32,000 nt of DNA, from the NCBI RefSeq assembly GCF_016888765.1, contig NZ_CP069423.1, positions 1 through 32,000 of the forward strand, read 5' to 3'. Shown here piece after piece: positions 1 to 9,225 of this stretch. This stretch comes from Candidatus Karelsulcia muelleri. GTDB lineage: Bacteria; Bacteroidota; Bacteroidia; Flavobacteriales; Blattabacteriaceae. Position numbers and translations under genes: made by a program. Below the pieces are notes generated by a model that worked only from the letters and a program-made list of their open reading frames with translations, was not told where the DNA came from and made no database searches. Every line of letters begins with the position of its first letter. Position 1 is the stretch's first letter.

Positions 1-645
1 ATGGAGAATCAGCCTCTTTTTTTTTTAAAAGATTATAAACTCTTCTGGGGGCTACAAAAAGAAATATTTGATATAAAAATTCAATCTTTTAATAAAAAAT
101 ATAATTTTATTATTTGTGCTGAACATAATCATGTTTATACTATTGGTAGAAATAGTAAATTTCCTAATTTCTTAATGTTTTATAACACATATAAAAAAAT
201 ACCAATCTTAAAAGTAGATAGAGGCGGAGATGTTACTTATCATGGACCTGGACAACTCGTCGTTTATTTTATTTTAGATCTGTTTTTATTTAATTATGAT
301 ATTAATTTTTTATTACGTTTTATTGAAAATGTTATTATTTATATTTTATTAAAATATAAAATCATTGGCTTTAGAATCATCAATCAAGCTGGCATTTGGG
401 TTATTTGTCATAATGATTTAAAAAAAATAGGTTCTATTGGTCTTAAAATAAGACATTATATTACTATGCATGGATTTTCTTTAAATATTAAGAATAATTT
501 AAATTATTATAATTATATTAGACCATGTGGTCTTAAGAAATATGGAATAACATCTCTTTATACAGAAAATAATTTTTATTTTTATATAAACATTAAATCT
601 TTATTAAAGAATATACTTTCTTATTTTTTTAATTTATTAATTTGA
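1..645 (+). CDS. lipB: Octanoyltransferase (lipoyl(octanoyl) transferase) LipB
   Basis: 214-aa ORF starting at window base 1 with ATG and ending in TGA. It carries LipB-type motifs KVDRGGDVTYHGPGQLVVY and KKIGSIGLKIRHYITMHGFSLN. Its length matches full-length LipB (~213 aa in E. coli). Confidence 0.85.
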   Translation: MENQPLFFLKDYKLFWGLQKEIFDIKIQSFNKKYNFIICAEHNHVYTIGRNSKFPNFLMFYNTYKKIPILKVDRGGDVTYHGPGQLVVYFILDLFLFNYDINFLLRFIENVIIYILLKYKIIGFRIINQAGIWVICHNDLKKIGSIGLKIRHYITMHGFSLNIKNNLNYYNYIRPCGLKKYGITSLYTENNFYFYINIKSLLKNILSYFFNLLI

Positions 646-673
646 ATAGAAAAATGTTTCTAAGTTTAAGTTT

Positions 674-3217
674 ATGACTTCAATAAAAATAGAAAAAGAA
701 TATAATTTTCTTAAAAATGATAAAATCATATACAATTACTGGGAAAAAAATAAATACTTTAATTCTCTTCCTGATAATCGTTTATCTTATGTAGTTATAA
801 TGCCACCACCTAATATTACGGGTGTACTTCATATGGGACATATATTAAACAATACAATACAAGACGTATTAACCAGAAAAGCCAGATTAGAAGGCTTTAA
901 TACCTGTTGGGTACCAGGATTAGATCATGCTTCAATAGCTACAGAACATAAACTAATAACTGAATTAGGAATATCTAAAGAAAAAATAGGTCTTAAAAGA
1001 TTTTTAAAAATAGCAACTAAATGGAAAATAAAATATAGTAAAACTATTATTAAACAATTAAAACAAATTGGATGTTCTTGTGATTGGCACAGATTAAAAT
1101 TTTCTCTAGATGAGAATTTCTCTCAATCAGTCCAGAAAATTTTTCTAACCTTATATAAGGATGGATACTTATATAAAAAGTATGGAATAGTTAATTGGGA
1201 TACTAAAACTCAAACCGCTCTTTCAAATGAAGAAATTCAGTATAAAATGTGTCGAGTAAAATTGTATTATATAAAATATCAGCTCAAAAATGAGAATAAT
1301 TATATTATAGTTGCTACAAAAAGACCTGAAACTATATTCGCTGATACTGCTTTATGTGTTAATCCAACTGATAAAAGATATCTAAAATATAGAAATAAAA
1401 AAGTAATAGTACCAATTTCTTATAAAGAAATTCCTATTATAGCAGATAATTATGTAGATACAAACTTTGGTTCTGGATGTGTAAAAATAACTCCTGCTCA
1501 TGATTACAATGATAAATTAATTGCTGAAAGGCATAACTTAGAAATTATTAATTTGATTGATAAAAATGGAAAACTTAATAAGTCTGGATTAGATTTTGCT
1601 GGTCAAAGTGTAAAAACTGCTCGAATAAAAATTCGAGAGTGTTTAAAAACAAATAATTATTTGTTTAAATTTAAAGAATATAATTCACAAATTGGTTATT
1701 CAGAAAGATCTAAGACTGAAGTAGAACAATTATTATCTGCTCAATGGTTTTTAAAAATGAATTTATTAGTTAAAAAAGCTTTACACAATATTCATCCAAA
1801 AGATATAATCAAATTATATCCTAAAAAAATTAAAAATAAAATAAAAGATTGGTTTCTCAATCTTAAAGATTGGAATATTTCTAGACAATTATGGTGGGGA
1901 CATAGAATTCCTGAATGTTGTCAAACAGAGAAAAAAGTTGAGGTATTAGACACTTGGTTTTCTGCTTGGATTTGGCCAATAGTAATTTTTAATGGCATAA
2001 TGAATAATAAGAATAATAATTCTGAGTTACAATATTATTATCCTATTACAGAATTAGTTACTGGTGATGATATTTTATTTTTTTGGGTTATAAGAATGAT
2101 CATTGCTGGTTTTTTTTTTCTTAAAAAAAAACCTTTTAAGAATATTTCTTTTAATGGAATAATCAAAGATAGTAATAGATTAAAAATGTCTAAATCTTTA
2201 GGTAATTCTCCTAATATCAATCAAATTTTTAAGAAATATGGAGCCGATTCGGTTAGATGTGGAATTTTGATTATGGCACCTATTGGGAAAGATATGGTAT
2301 TTAATCCTGAGACTTTTTTTATAGGGAACAAGATTAAAAATAAAATTTGGAATGCTTTTAAGTTAATACTTACATTTAAGATAACTCCCCAAAAACAGAA
2401 TATAGAAATTAATAATGCTATTTTTTCCTGGATAAAAAATAAATTCTATCTATTAGTAAAACTAATAAATAAATTATTTAAAAAATATAAACTTAGCAAA
2501 GTATTAATTATAATTTCTTCTTTTTTTAAGAAAGATTTTTGTTCACTGTTTTTAGAAAGTACCAAAAGAATTAATGCCTATAAATTAACATATTCTGTTT
2601 TAAAAAAAATATCTCAATTATTTAGAAATATACTAATTATCTTCCATCCTTTTCTTCCCTTTATAACAGAATATATTTGGAGTATATTAAAACTTAAAAA
2701 TAATATTTTCCATAATAAAAACCCTTTATTAATTCAAAAATGGCCTACTGAAAAAAAGTTAAATAGAAATATACTTAATGAATTTAAAATAATTAATAAA
2801 ATAATTTTACAAATAAGAAAATTTAGAGAGATATATAAAATATACAAAAAAATAACACTTTTAGTTTTTTGTAATAATAAAAACTACAAGCACATTAAAA
2901 AAAATATGTTAATTTTCTTAGGTAATCTAAAAAGTATTAAATGTTTAAATACACCTAAGAATTATAATAAATATTATACTTTCATATTAGCTGATGAAAT
3001 ATATTTTATTAAAATCCCTCAAAAAATATTTGATAGAAAAAAAATAAAACATGAATTATCATATTATAAAAATTACTTAGATAAGATTATTTTCAAGTTA
3101 AAAACTTCAAGCTTTTTGAAAAAAGCCCCCCAAAAGATCATAAATTTAGAAAAAGAAAAAAAAAGGTATTGTCTTAATCAGATAAATTTATTAAAATTTA
3201 AACTGACTAAGTATTAA
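674..3217 (+). CDS. valS: Valyl-tRNA synthetase (shortened)
   Basis: 847-aa ORF with the class I HIGH region PPPNITGVLHMGHILN and KMSKS as KMSKSLGN. The WWGHRIP...LDTWFSAW block is present, but the segment between WWGHRIP and LDTWF is much shorter than in E. coli ValRS. Confidence 0.9.
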   Translation: MTSIKIEKEYNFLKNDKIIYNYWEKNKYFNSLPDNRLSYVVIMPPPNITGVLHMGHILNNTIQDVLTRKARLEGFNTCWVPGLDHASIATEHKLITELGISKEKIGLKRFLKIATKWKIKYSKTIIKQLKQIGCSCDWHRLKFSLDENFSQSVQKIFLTLYKDGYLYKKYGIVNWDTKTQTALSNEEIQYKMCRVKLYYIKYQLKNENNYIIVATKRPETIFADTALCVNPTDKRYLKYRNKKVIVPISYKEIPIIADNYVDTNFGSGCVKITPAHDYNDKLIAERHNLEIINLIDKNGKLNKSGLDFAGQSVKTARIKIRECLKTNNYLFKFKEYNSQIGYSERSKTEVEQLLSAQWFLKMNLLVKKALHNIHPKDIIKLYPKKIKNKIKDWFLNLKDWNISRQLWWGHRIPECCQTEKKVEVLDTWFSAWIWPIVIFNGIMNNKNNNSELQYYYPITELVTGDDILFFWVIRMIIAGFFFLKKKPFKNISFNGIIKDSNRLKMSKSLGNSPNINQIFKKYGADSVRCGILIMAPIGKDMVFNPETFFIGNKIKNKIWNAFKLILTFKITPQKQNIEINNAIFSWIKNKFYLLVKLINKLFKKYKLSKVLIIISSFFKKDFCSLFLESTKRINAYKLTYSVLKKISQLFRNILIIFHPFLPFITEYIWSILKLKNNIFHNKNPLLIQKWPTEKKLNRNILNEFKIINKIILQIRKFREIYKIYKKITLLVFCNNKNYKHIKKNMLIFLGNLKSIKCLNTPKNYNKYYTFILADEIYFIKIPQKIFDRKKIKHELSYYKNYLDKIIFKLKTSSFLKKAPQKIINLEKEKKRYCLNQINLLKFKLTKY

Positions 3218-3235
3218 GTATTAAGTATTAAGTTA
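3208..3235. repeat. Heptamer tandem array (TAAGTAT)x3 + TAAGTTA spanning the valS stop codon
   Basis: Read directly: taagtat taagtat taagtat taagtta. The period of 7 places TAA at 3208, 3215 (the valS stop), 3222 and 3229, so all three frames are closed. Confidence 0.9.
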
Positions 3236-3260
3236 TCAAATAATTAAGTTATAACTAATA

Positions 3261-3593
3261 ATGCATAATAAAAACTTTTTATTAAAATCTATATTGGAAA
3301 TAATCGAAACAAATAATGGAGAAGAAATTACTTTATTAAATTTTTACAAAAAAAAAAACAGAATATATGATTATTTTATAATTTGTAATGGTAGATCGAA
3401 TCAACATGTTTTTTCACTTTATGAAAAAATAAAAGAAAATACATCTCCCAATCATGCAGAAGGGATAAGAAAAAGTAAATGGATATTAATGGATTATATC
3501 AATATAATAGTACATATTTTTTTAAAAGAAATAAGAAATTATTATCAACTTGAAAAAATATATCAAGGTATTAAGATTTTATCTTATGAATAA
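3261..3593 (+). CDS. rsfS: Ribosomal silencing factor RsfS (iojap-like)
   Basis: 110-aa ORF. It has the pattern YDYFIICNGRSNQHV ... WILMDYINIIVHIF ... R.YYQLEKIY typical of RsfS/iojap. Confidence 0.8.
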   Translation: MHNKNFLLKSILEIIETNNGEEITLLNFYKKKNRIYDYFIICNGRSNQHVFSLYEKIKENTSPNHAEGIRKSKWILMDYINIIVHIFLKEIRNYYQLEKIYQGIKILSYE

Positions 3594-3675
3594 AAAAATA
3601 TTTGTATTATGCTGTGTACTATTTATAATTATATTATTTTTTGTATTAAAAATTAATAATAATAAGATTGATTAA
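3586..3675 (+). CDS. Hypothetical 29-aa hydrophobic peptide (MNKKIFVLCCVLFIIILFFVLKINNNKID)
   Basis: Unlisted small ORF found by hand. Its ATG overlaps the rsfS stop (ATGAATAA) and its TAA lies 3 nt before the dnaN ATG, so it exactly fills the rsfS-dnaN spacer. It has one predicted membrane-spanning or signal-like segment. No homology is recognised. Confidence 0.2.
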   Translation: MNKKIFVLCCVLFIIILFFVLKINNNKID

Positions 3676-3678
3676 TCC

Positions 3679-4788
3679 ATGAATTTTTCAATAAATTGTC
3701 ATTCTTTATTTCAAACTTTAAAGTCAATTTATAGTGTTATTAATCCAAATCATCAGATCTCTATATTTACTTGTTTTATTTTAAAGGTTAAAAATAAGAT
3801 GTTAAAAATTAAAGCATCCGATTCAGAAATTTCTATTAAAACTACGTTAAAAGTATTGAGTAAACAAAAAGGTAAAGCTGCAGTTCCGGCTAAATTATTA
3901 ATGGATATATTAAAACATATACCTGAACAGCAATTAAAAATAAAAACCAGAAATTTTAATCAAATAAGAATTATTTCCTTTAAAGGAAATTACGATATAT
4001 CTCTTTTAAATCACGAACTGTTTCCAAAATATAAGAAAATAAAAAGAACACAAGTTTGTGTTCTTAATAAAAAAACAATAAGAAATATTATTGACAACAC
4101 TTTATTTGCTGTAGGTAATGATGATCTTAGACCAGTAATTAATGGGGTTTGTTTTGAAATAAAGAAAACAACCGGGAGTTTTGTTGCAACAAATAATAAT
4201 ATATTAGCAAAATATTCTATTAATAGTATTAATACTAAAGCAGAAATGAAGTTTATAATTCCTAAAAAAACTTTATTAGTCTTAAAACAAAGCTTTAATA
4301 AGACAACCAATATAATAAAAATTAAATATAATAAATATAATACCTTTTTTATATTTACTAATAAAGTAATTATTACTTCCTTAATTAAGGGGTCTTTTCC
4401 AAATTATAAGAAAATACTTCCACTATATAATAAAAATAACAAAATACGAATTGCTATTAAAGAATTGAAAACTTCAATTAAAAGAATTATTTTATTTTCT
4501 AACCAAATAGATAAGAAAATAAATTTTAGTTTATCTAAAAACAAATCTATAATATATGCAGAAAATAAAGATTCAAGTAATAAGGGGTATGAAGAATTAG
4601 TTTGTAAATATTTTGGAGAAAATTTAGAAATTAGTTTCAAATATAATGATTTAATAGAAGTATTATATAATTTAAAATGCGAAGAAATTGAAATTAAACT
4701 TCAAGAGAGATATAGTCCAGCCTTAATAAGGCCAATCTCTTCATTGGAAACAGAAAAGATTTTTCGCTTAATTGTTCCTTTAAGTTAA
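3679..4788 (+). CDS. dnaN: DNA polymerase III beta subunit (sliding clamp)
   Basis: 369-aa ORF. The length, three-domain beta-clamp pattern (ASDSEISIK..., LRPVINGVCFE..., FPNYKKILP..., C-terminal PALIRP...IFRLIVPL) match DnaN. Confidence 0.85.
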   Translation: MNFSINCHSLFQTLKSIYSVINPNHQISIFTCFILKVKNKMLKIKASDSEISIKTTLKVLSKQKGKAAVPAKLLMDILKHIPEQQLKIKTRNFNQIRIISFKGNYDISLLNHELFPKYKKIKRTQVCVLNKKTIRNIIDNTLFAVGNDDLRPVINGVCFEIKKTTGSFVATNNNILAKYSINSINTKAEMKFIIPKKTLLVLKQSFNKTTNIIKIKYNKYNTFFIFTNKVIITSLIKGSFPNYKKILPLYNKNNKIRIAIKELKTSIKRIILFSNQIDKKINFSLSKNKSIIYAENKDSSNKGYEELVCKYFGENLEISFKYNDLIEVLYNLKCEEIEIKLQERYSPALIRPISSLETEKIFRLIVPLS

Positions 4789-4851
4789 AAGATATAGTTG
4801 CTAATAAAAAATATAATTCATTCAATGAATTTTGAAAGAGGTGAAAGTATA

Positions 4852-5931
4852 ATGAATAAAGAAGATTTAAACAATCAAATTAAATCAAAAGAAAAAATAA
4901 AAATTATAAAATTATATAGTTATACTATACCTAAATTAGAAAAATATGATCTTAAAAAAGGCAGAATTTTAAAAATAAAAGATAAGATAATACTAATTGA
5001 TATCGGGTTTAAATATGATTGTATCTTATCAAAAAAGGAATTACAAATACTAAAAATTCAGCCTAGAATTAACGATTTAATCGATGTAATTGTAGAAAAA
5101 TTAGATTATAAAGGGAAATGTTTTTTATCATATATAAAAGCCAATAAAATTAAATCATGGCATCGTCTAAATGAAGCATATAGAAGAAATGAACTAGTCT
5201 CCTTTTTAGTATTATCTAGAACAAAAGGAGGATTGATTGTATCATTATATAATATAGAATGTTTTTTACCTGGTTCCCAAATAGAATATAAAAAAGTTCC
5301 CAATTTTGATTATTATGTAGGTAAAATTTTGATAGGGAAAATAGTAAATATTAATAAAACCACTAAAAATATTGTAGTTTCTCATAAGATAATTATAGAA
5401 AAACAAAAGATAAAAATAAAAGCTTTAATTATTAGTAATTTAAATAAAGGAATAATAGTTGAAGGAGTAGTAAAAAATATAACCAATTATGGCTGTTTCG
5501 TTGATTTAGGCTGTAGTTTAGATGGATTATGTCATATATCAGATATAAGTTGGCAGCGTATTAAACATCCAGTAGAAAAAATAAATTTGGGAGAAAGAAG
5601 AAATTTTTTAATCTTATCAGTAGATAGACATAGAAACAGAGTACAATTAGGTATTAAACAAATGATAATTGATAATTGGAAAAGTGTGATAAAACAGATT
5701 TTGGTTTCTGGAAAAATAATAAAAGGAAAAATTAAAGTTTTAATAAAGTTTGGTATTTTAGTAGAAATATACCCATTTTTTGAAGGTTTATTACACAAAA
5801 AAGAGGAATTTAAATTCCATTATAAAATCTCCCAGAAACAAATGTTTAAAATTGGGAATGCAATAAATATCTTAATATTAGGTTCAAAATTAAAACATAA
5901 AAAAATTTATTTTAGTTTTAAGATTATTTAA
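4852..5931 (+). CDS. rpsA: 30S ribosomal protein S1 (shortened, about 4 S1 domains)
   Basis: The ORF is open from TTG 4798, with ATG candidates at 4825 and 4852; 4852 is preceded by agaggtga. It contains S1/OB repeats, e.g. GIIVEGVVKNITNYGCFVDLGCSLDGLCHISDISW...RVQLGIKQ. It is about 360 aa, versus about 560-600 aa for typical bacterial S1. Confidence 0.8.
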   Translation: MNKEDLNNQIKSKEKIKIIKLYSYTIPKLEKYDLKKGRILKIKDKIILIDIGFKYDCILSKKELQILKIQPRINDLIDVIVEKLDYKGKCFLSYIKANKIKSWHRLNEAYRRNELVSFLVLSRTKGGLIVSLYNIECFLPGSQIEYKKVPNFDYYVGKILIGKIVNINKTTKNIVVSHKIIIEKQKIKIKALIISNLNKGIIVEGVVKNITNYGCFVDLGCSLDGLCHISDISWQRIKHPVEKINLGERRNFLILSVDRHRNRVQLGIKQMIIDNWKSVIKQILVSGKIIKGKIKVLIKFGILVEIYPFFEGLLHKKEEFKFHYKISQKQMFKIGNAINILILGSKLKHKKIYFSFKII

Positions 5932-5963
5932 ATTAGACCTAGCCTTTGCAGTCTAGATAAATT

Positions 5964-7133
5964 CTAAGTTTTTATTTTTTTAGACATCAATTTTATAAAA
6001 TCATCATTATTAGATGTCTGGAGAAGATTTTCTCTAATACTCTTAATAGCTTCAGCAGGAGACCGAGACGTTAAAAACAGGTTTCTTTTTATAATCCAAA
6101 CTTCTTCTAAAGTCTTTAAATCAATTAACAAATTATCTTTCCTAGTACTAGATTTTAATAAATTAATCGCTGGAAATATTCTTTTATTAGCAATTTTTCT
6201 ATCTAATTGTAATTCTAGATTACCTGTTCCCTTAAATTCTTCAAAAATTATTTCATCCATTTTTGAACCAGTTTCTATTATTGCAGTAGCTAAGATCGAT
6301 AATGATCCACCACCTTCAATATTTCTAGCAGCTCCAAAAAATTTTTTGGGTTTATGTAGAGCTTTAGCTTCTACTCCTCCTGATAAGACCTTTCCAGAAG
6401 ATGGTGTTAGGGTATTATATGCCCTAGCTAATCTTGTAATGGAATCTAATAATAAAACCACATCATGTCCACATTCAACTAATCTTTTAGATTTATTTAA
6501 AACTAAATTAGCAATTTTAACATGTTTTTGGTAAGGTTCATCGAAAGTGGAAGAAATAACTTCACAATTAACATTTCTTTTAATATCAGTTACTTCTTCT
6601 GGTCTTTCATCTATTAAAAGAATTATTAAATATACTTCAGGATGATTAAATGAGATAGTATTAGCTATCTCTTTTAATAAAGTAGTCTTACCTGTTTTAG
6701 GTGGAGCAACAATCATTCCTCTTTGTCCTTTCCCAATTGGGACAAACAGATCAATTATTCTAGTTGAATAAGTACTTAATCTCCCAGAAATTTTCAATTT
6801 TTCATTAGGGTACAAAGGGGTTAAAAATTTAAAAGATACTCTATTAATTAATAAGACAGGCTTCCTTCCATTTATTCTAAAAATTCTTTTAATAGAAAAA
6901 TATCTTTCCCATTTTTTGGGAAATCTGATTAATCCTTTTATTGTATCGCCATTTTTTAAATAAAAAGACTTAATTTGTGTATAAGTTATGTATACATCTT
7001 CATTAGAAGATAAATAATTAAATTTAGCAGATCTCAAAAACCCAAAGTTTTGATTTACTATTTCTAATACTCCTTCACAAACTATCAAATTTCTTTTGAG
7101 TTTTATTTTATTTGGGTATTTTAACAAGTTCAA
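5964..7133 (-). CDS. rho: Transcription termination factor Rho (N-terminally minimal)
   Basis: 389-aa ORF that aligns along its whole length with E. coli Rho. Shared blocks include GVLEI..FGFLRS, Walker A APPKTGKTTLL, LLIDERPEEVT, DSITRLARAYN and FEEFKGTGN.EL.L.R. Confidence 0.95.
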   Translation of the reverse strand: MNLLKYPNKIKLKRNLIVCEGVLEIVNQNFGFLRSAKFNYLSSNEDVYITYTQIKSFYLKNGDTIKGLIRFPKKWERYFSIKRIFRINGRKPVLLINRVSFKFLTPLYPNEKLKISGRLSTYSTRIIDLFVPIGKGQRGMIVAPPKTGKTTLLKEIANTISFNHPEVYLIILLIDERPEEVTDIKRNVNCEVISSTFDEPYQKHVKIANLVLNKSKRLVECGHDVVLLLDSITRLARAYNTLTPSSGKVLSGGVEAKALHKPKKFFGAARNIEGGGSLSILATAIIETGSKMDEIIFEEFKGTGNLELQLDRKIANKRIFPAINLLKSSTRKDNLLIDLKTLEEVWIIKRNLFLTSRSPAEAIKSIRENLLQTSNNDDFIKLMSKKIKT

Positions 7134-7206
7134 TCTATTTATAGAAACTTTTGGAAGATTATATACATAATATAATTATTATTGTTTAAAAAATAAATCT
7201 CATAAT

Positions 7207-8268
7207 ATGAATATCAAAACTTTAAAAAAACTAAAAAAAATAAAACTCGAAATTAAAAAAAATAATGAATATTTTTTATTGAACAATAATTCTAAAAAAA
7301 AGAATAAATATCTCTTTCTTTTAAAAAGATATAAATTATATAATAATATAATTGATATATATAAACAATATAAAACTCAGAAAAAGGATATATTAGATTT
7401 AATAGAATTAGCTAGCGAATCTCAAGATGAACAATTATTAAAATCAATTAATTTAGAAATTAGTCTTTTAATTGAAAAAATAAAGAAGTCTTTAAAAAAA
7501 ATAAAGAAGTCTTTAAAAGAAAAAGAAATAAATAAGAATAGTGCAATTATAGAGTTAAGAGCTGGAACAGGTGGAAATGAAGCCTGTATATTTGTTGAAG
7601 AAATTTTGAGGATGTATACTATGTATTTTAAAGAAGTTTCATGGAAATTTAAACTATTAAGTTATACCACTAATAGTTATAAAGGTTATAAAGAAGTTAT
7701 AATTAAAATATATGGGAAAAATGTATATAATATTTTAAAATACGAATCTGGAGTACATCGTGTACAAAGAATACCGGAAACGGAAGCCCAAGGTAGACTA
7801 CATACTTCTGCTATTACTGTTGCCGTTTTACCAGAAATAAATAAAAAACTTAAGATTTATCTTAATCCAGAAGAAATAAAAAGAGAGTCTTTTAGATCAA
7901 GAGGTGCTGGCGGACAAAATGTCAATAAAACTGAAACCGCAATTAGATTAACTCATTTACCAACTGGTCTAATTGCCGAATGTCAAGAAGAACGTTCACA
8001 ACATAAAAATTTAGAAAAAGCTATGAAAGTGTTAAAAGATAGAATATTAAACTTAAAAATAAGTAAACAAATAAAACAAATTTCTACTAAAAGAAAACTT
8101 TTAATTTCTACTGGAGATAGATCGTTAAAAATTAGGACTTATAATTTTCATAAAGGGAGGGTAACAGATCACAGACTTAAAAAATCTTTTTATAATTTAG
8201 AAGAATTTCTGAATGGAAAAATAGAAAATTTAATAAATGAGTTTAAATACTTCAAACAAACAGATTAA
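7207..8268 (+). CDS. prfA: Peptide chain release factor 1
   Basis: 353-aa ORF with GGQ as RGAGGQNVNKTETAIRLTH. The RF1-type PxT tripeptide context is RIPETEAQGRLHTS, and there is no SPF. Confidence 0.85.
   Translation: MNIKTLKKLKKIKLEIKKNNEYFLLNNNSKKKNKYLFLLKRYKLYNNIIDIYKQYKTQKKDILDLIELASESQDEQLLKSINLEISLLIEKIKKSLKKIKKSLKEKEINKNSAIIELRAGTGGNEACIFVEEILRMYTMYFKEVSWKFKLLSYTTNSYKGYKEVIIKIYGKNVYNILKYESGVHRVQRIPETEAQGRLHTSAITVAVLPEINKKLKIYLNPEEIKRESFRSRGAGGQNVNKTETAIRLTHLPTGLIAECQEERSQHKNLEKAMKVLKDRILNLKISKQIKQISTKRKLLISTGDRSLKIRTYNFHKGRVTDHRLKKSFYNLEEFLNGKIENLINEFKYFKQTD
7480..7521. repeat. 21-bp tandem duplication inside prfA (20/21 identical), in frame (KIKKSLK x2)
   Basis: ataaagaagtctttaaaaaaa at 7480-7500 is followed by ataaagaagtctttaaaagaa at 7501-7521. 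Confidence 0.9.
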
Positions 8269-8271
8269 AGT

Positions 8272-9024
8272 ATGAAATATGCTAAAAACTTAGGACAGAT
8301 TTTTTTGAGAGATAATAATATAGCCAAAAAAATAGTAAATGCTCTCTATTATAAAAAGACTAAAAACTCCATCAATGTGATTGAGATAGGACCAGGAAAA
8401 GGAATATTGACACAATATTTATTAGACTCAAATTTATTAATAATCGAAATAGATAGTCTATATGTTAATTTATTAAGGCATAAATTTCCAAATTTAAAAA
8501 ACAGAATACTAAATGTAGATTTTATAAAATTTAATCCCTTGCATTTTAATTTTACAAATTTTATAATAATAGGAAATTTTCCATATAGTATATCTTCTCA
8601 AATATTATTTTATATACTTAAATATAAAGATTTTATATCAGAATGCATAGGAATGTTCCCTAAACGAGTAGGGGAGAGAATAGTCAATAAAAAAAATCTA
8701 AGTGGATTAACAATTTTAATAAACAGCTTTTTTAAAACGAAATATCTATTTACAGTAAATAACTCAGTTTTTAGTCCTAAACCAAAAATAAAATCAGCTG
8801 TTATTAAACTAATAAAAATAGAAAATAAAAAAAATATAAATTATTCTATTCTTCACAAAGTCGTAAAAACAGCCTTTAACCAAAGAAGAAAAAAATTAAA
8901 AAATTCTTTGAAATATCTCTTATTTAAAAAAAACTTTAGGAATAATCCCATTTTTAAGAAAAGAGTCGAACAATTGTCCGTAAAAGATTTTACTTATATT
9001 AGTAGAAAAGTAATTAGAAACTGA
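8272..9024 (+). CDS. rsmA: 16S rRNA (adenine1518/1519-N6)-dimethyltransferase RsmA/KsgA
   Basis: 250-aa ORF with the SAM-binding VIEIGPGKGILT motif and the IGNFPYSISSQIL (N-x-P-Y) motif. It starts 3 nt after the prfA stop. Confidence 0.8.
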   Translation: MKYAKNLGQIFLRDNNIAKKIVNALYYKKTKNSINVIEIGPGKGILTQYLLDSNLLIIEIDSLYVNLLRHKFPNLKNRILNVDFIKFNPLHFNFTNFIIIGNFPYSISSQILFYILKYKDFISECIGMFPKRVGERIVNKKNLSGLTILINSFFKTKYLFTVNNSVFSPKPKIKSAVIKLIKIENKKNINYSILHKVVKTAFNQRRKKLKNSLKYLLFKKNFRNNPIFKKRVEQLSVKDFTYISRKVIRN

Positions 9025-9055
9025 TAGATTCTTTCAAGAGATAATATTAAGTTTT

Positions 9056-9110
<55 letters not shown>

Positions 9111-9128
<18 letters not shown>

Positions 9129-9166
9129 GTCAAGTCCTGTCCCCGCAAGTCAAGTCCTGTCCCCCA
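9111..9166 (+). repeat. 20-bp tandem repeat x2.75 made of the 3' end of tRNA-fMet
   Basis: caagtcctgtccccgcaagt occurs at 9111-9130 and again identically at 9131-9150. A degenerate third copy, caagtcctgtcccccaac, starts at 9151. Confidence 0.95.
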
Positions 9167-9225
9167 ACATTTAAGAATCAAAACTAAAAAATGAACTAAT
9201 AATAATATATAAATCAAAATAAAAA

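Noticed and set aside
1-3. The window begins exactly at an ATG, raising the possibility of a truncated upstream gene.
   Set aside because: The 214-aa product matches full-length LipB size and starts sensibly, so it was treated as complete.
643-645. Possible UGA reassignment (code 4). Only RF1 (prfA) is seen in this window, and several genes end in TGA (lipB 643, rsmA 9022, rplI 20169, rpmA 21521, glyQS 30328).
   Set aside because: No conserved gene needs an internal TGA to stay open under the standard code. Reading through the rpmA or glyQS TGA would run the protein into the tmRNA or tRNA-Arg genes. RF2 is simply expected elsewhere in the genome.
7207-8268. The RF1 tripeptide reads PET rather than PAT/PVT, raising possible altered stop-codon specificity.
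   Set aside because: The middle residue of the PxT motif is variable among RF1s. TAA and TAG stops are both used normally in the window.
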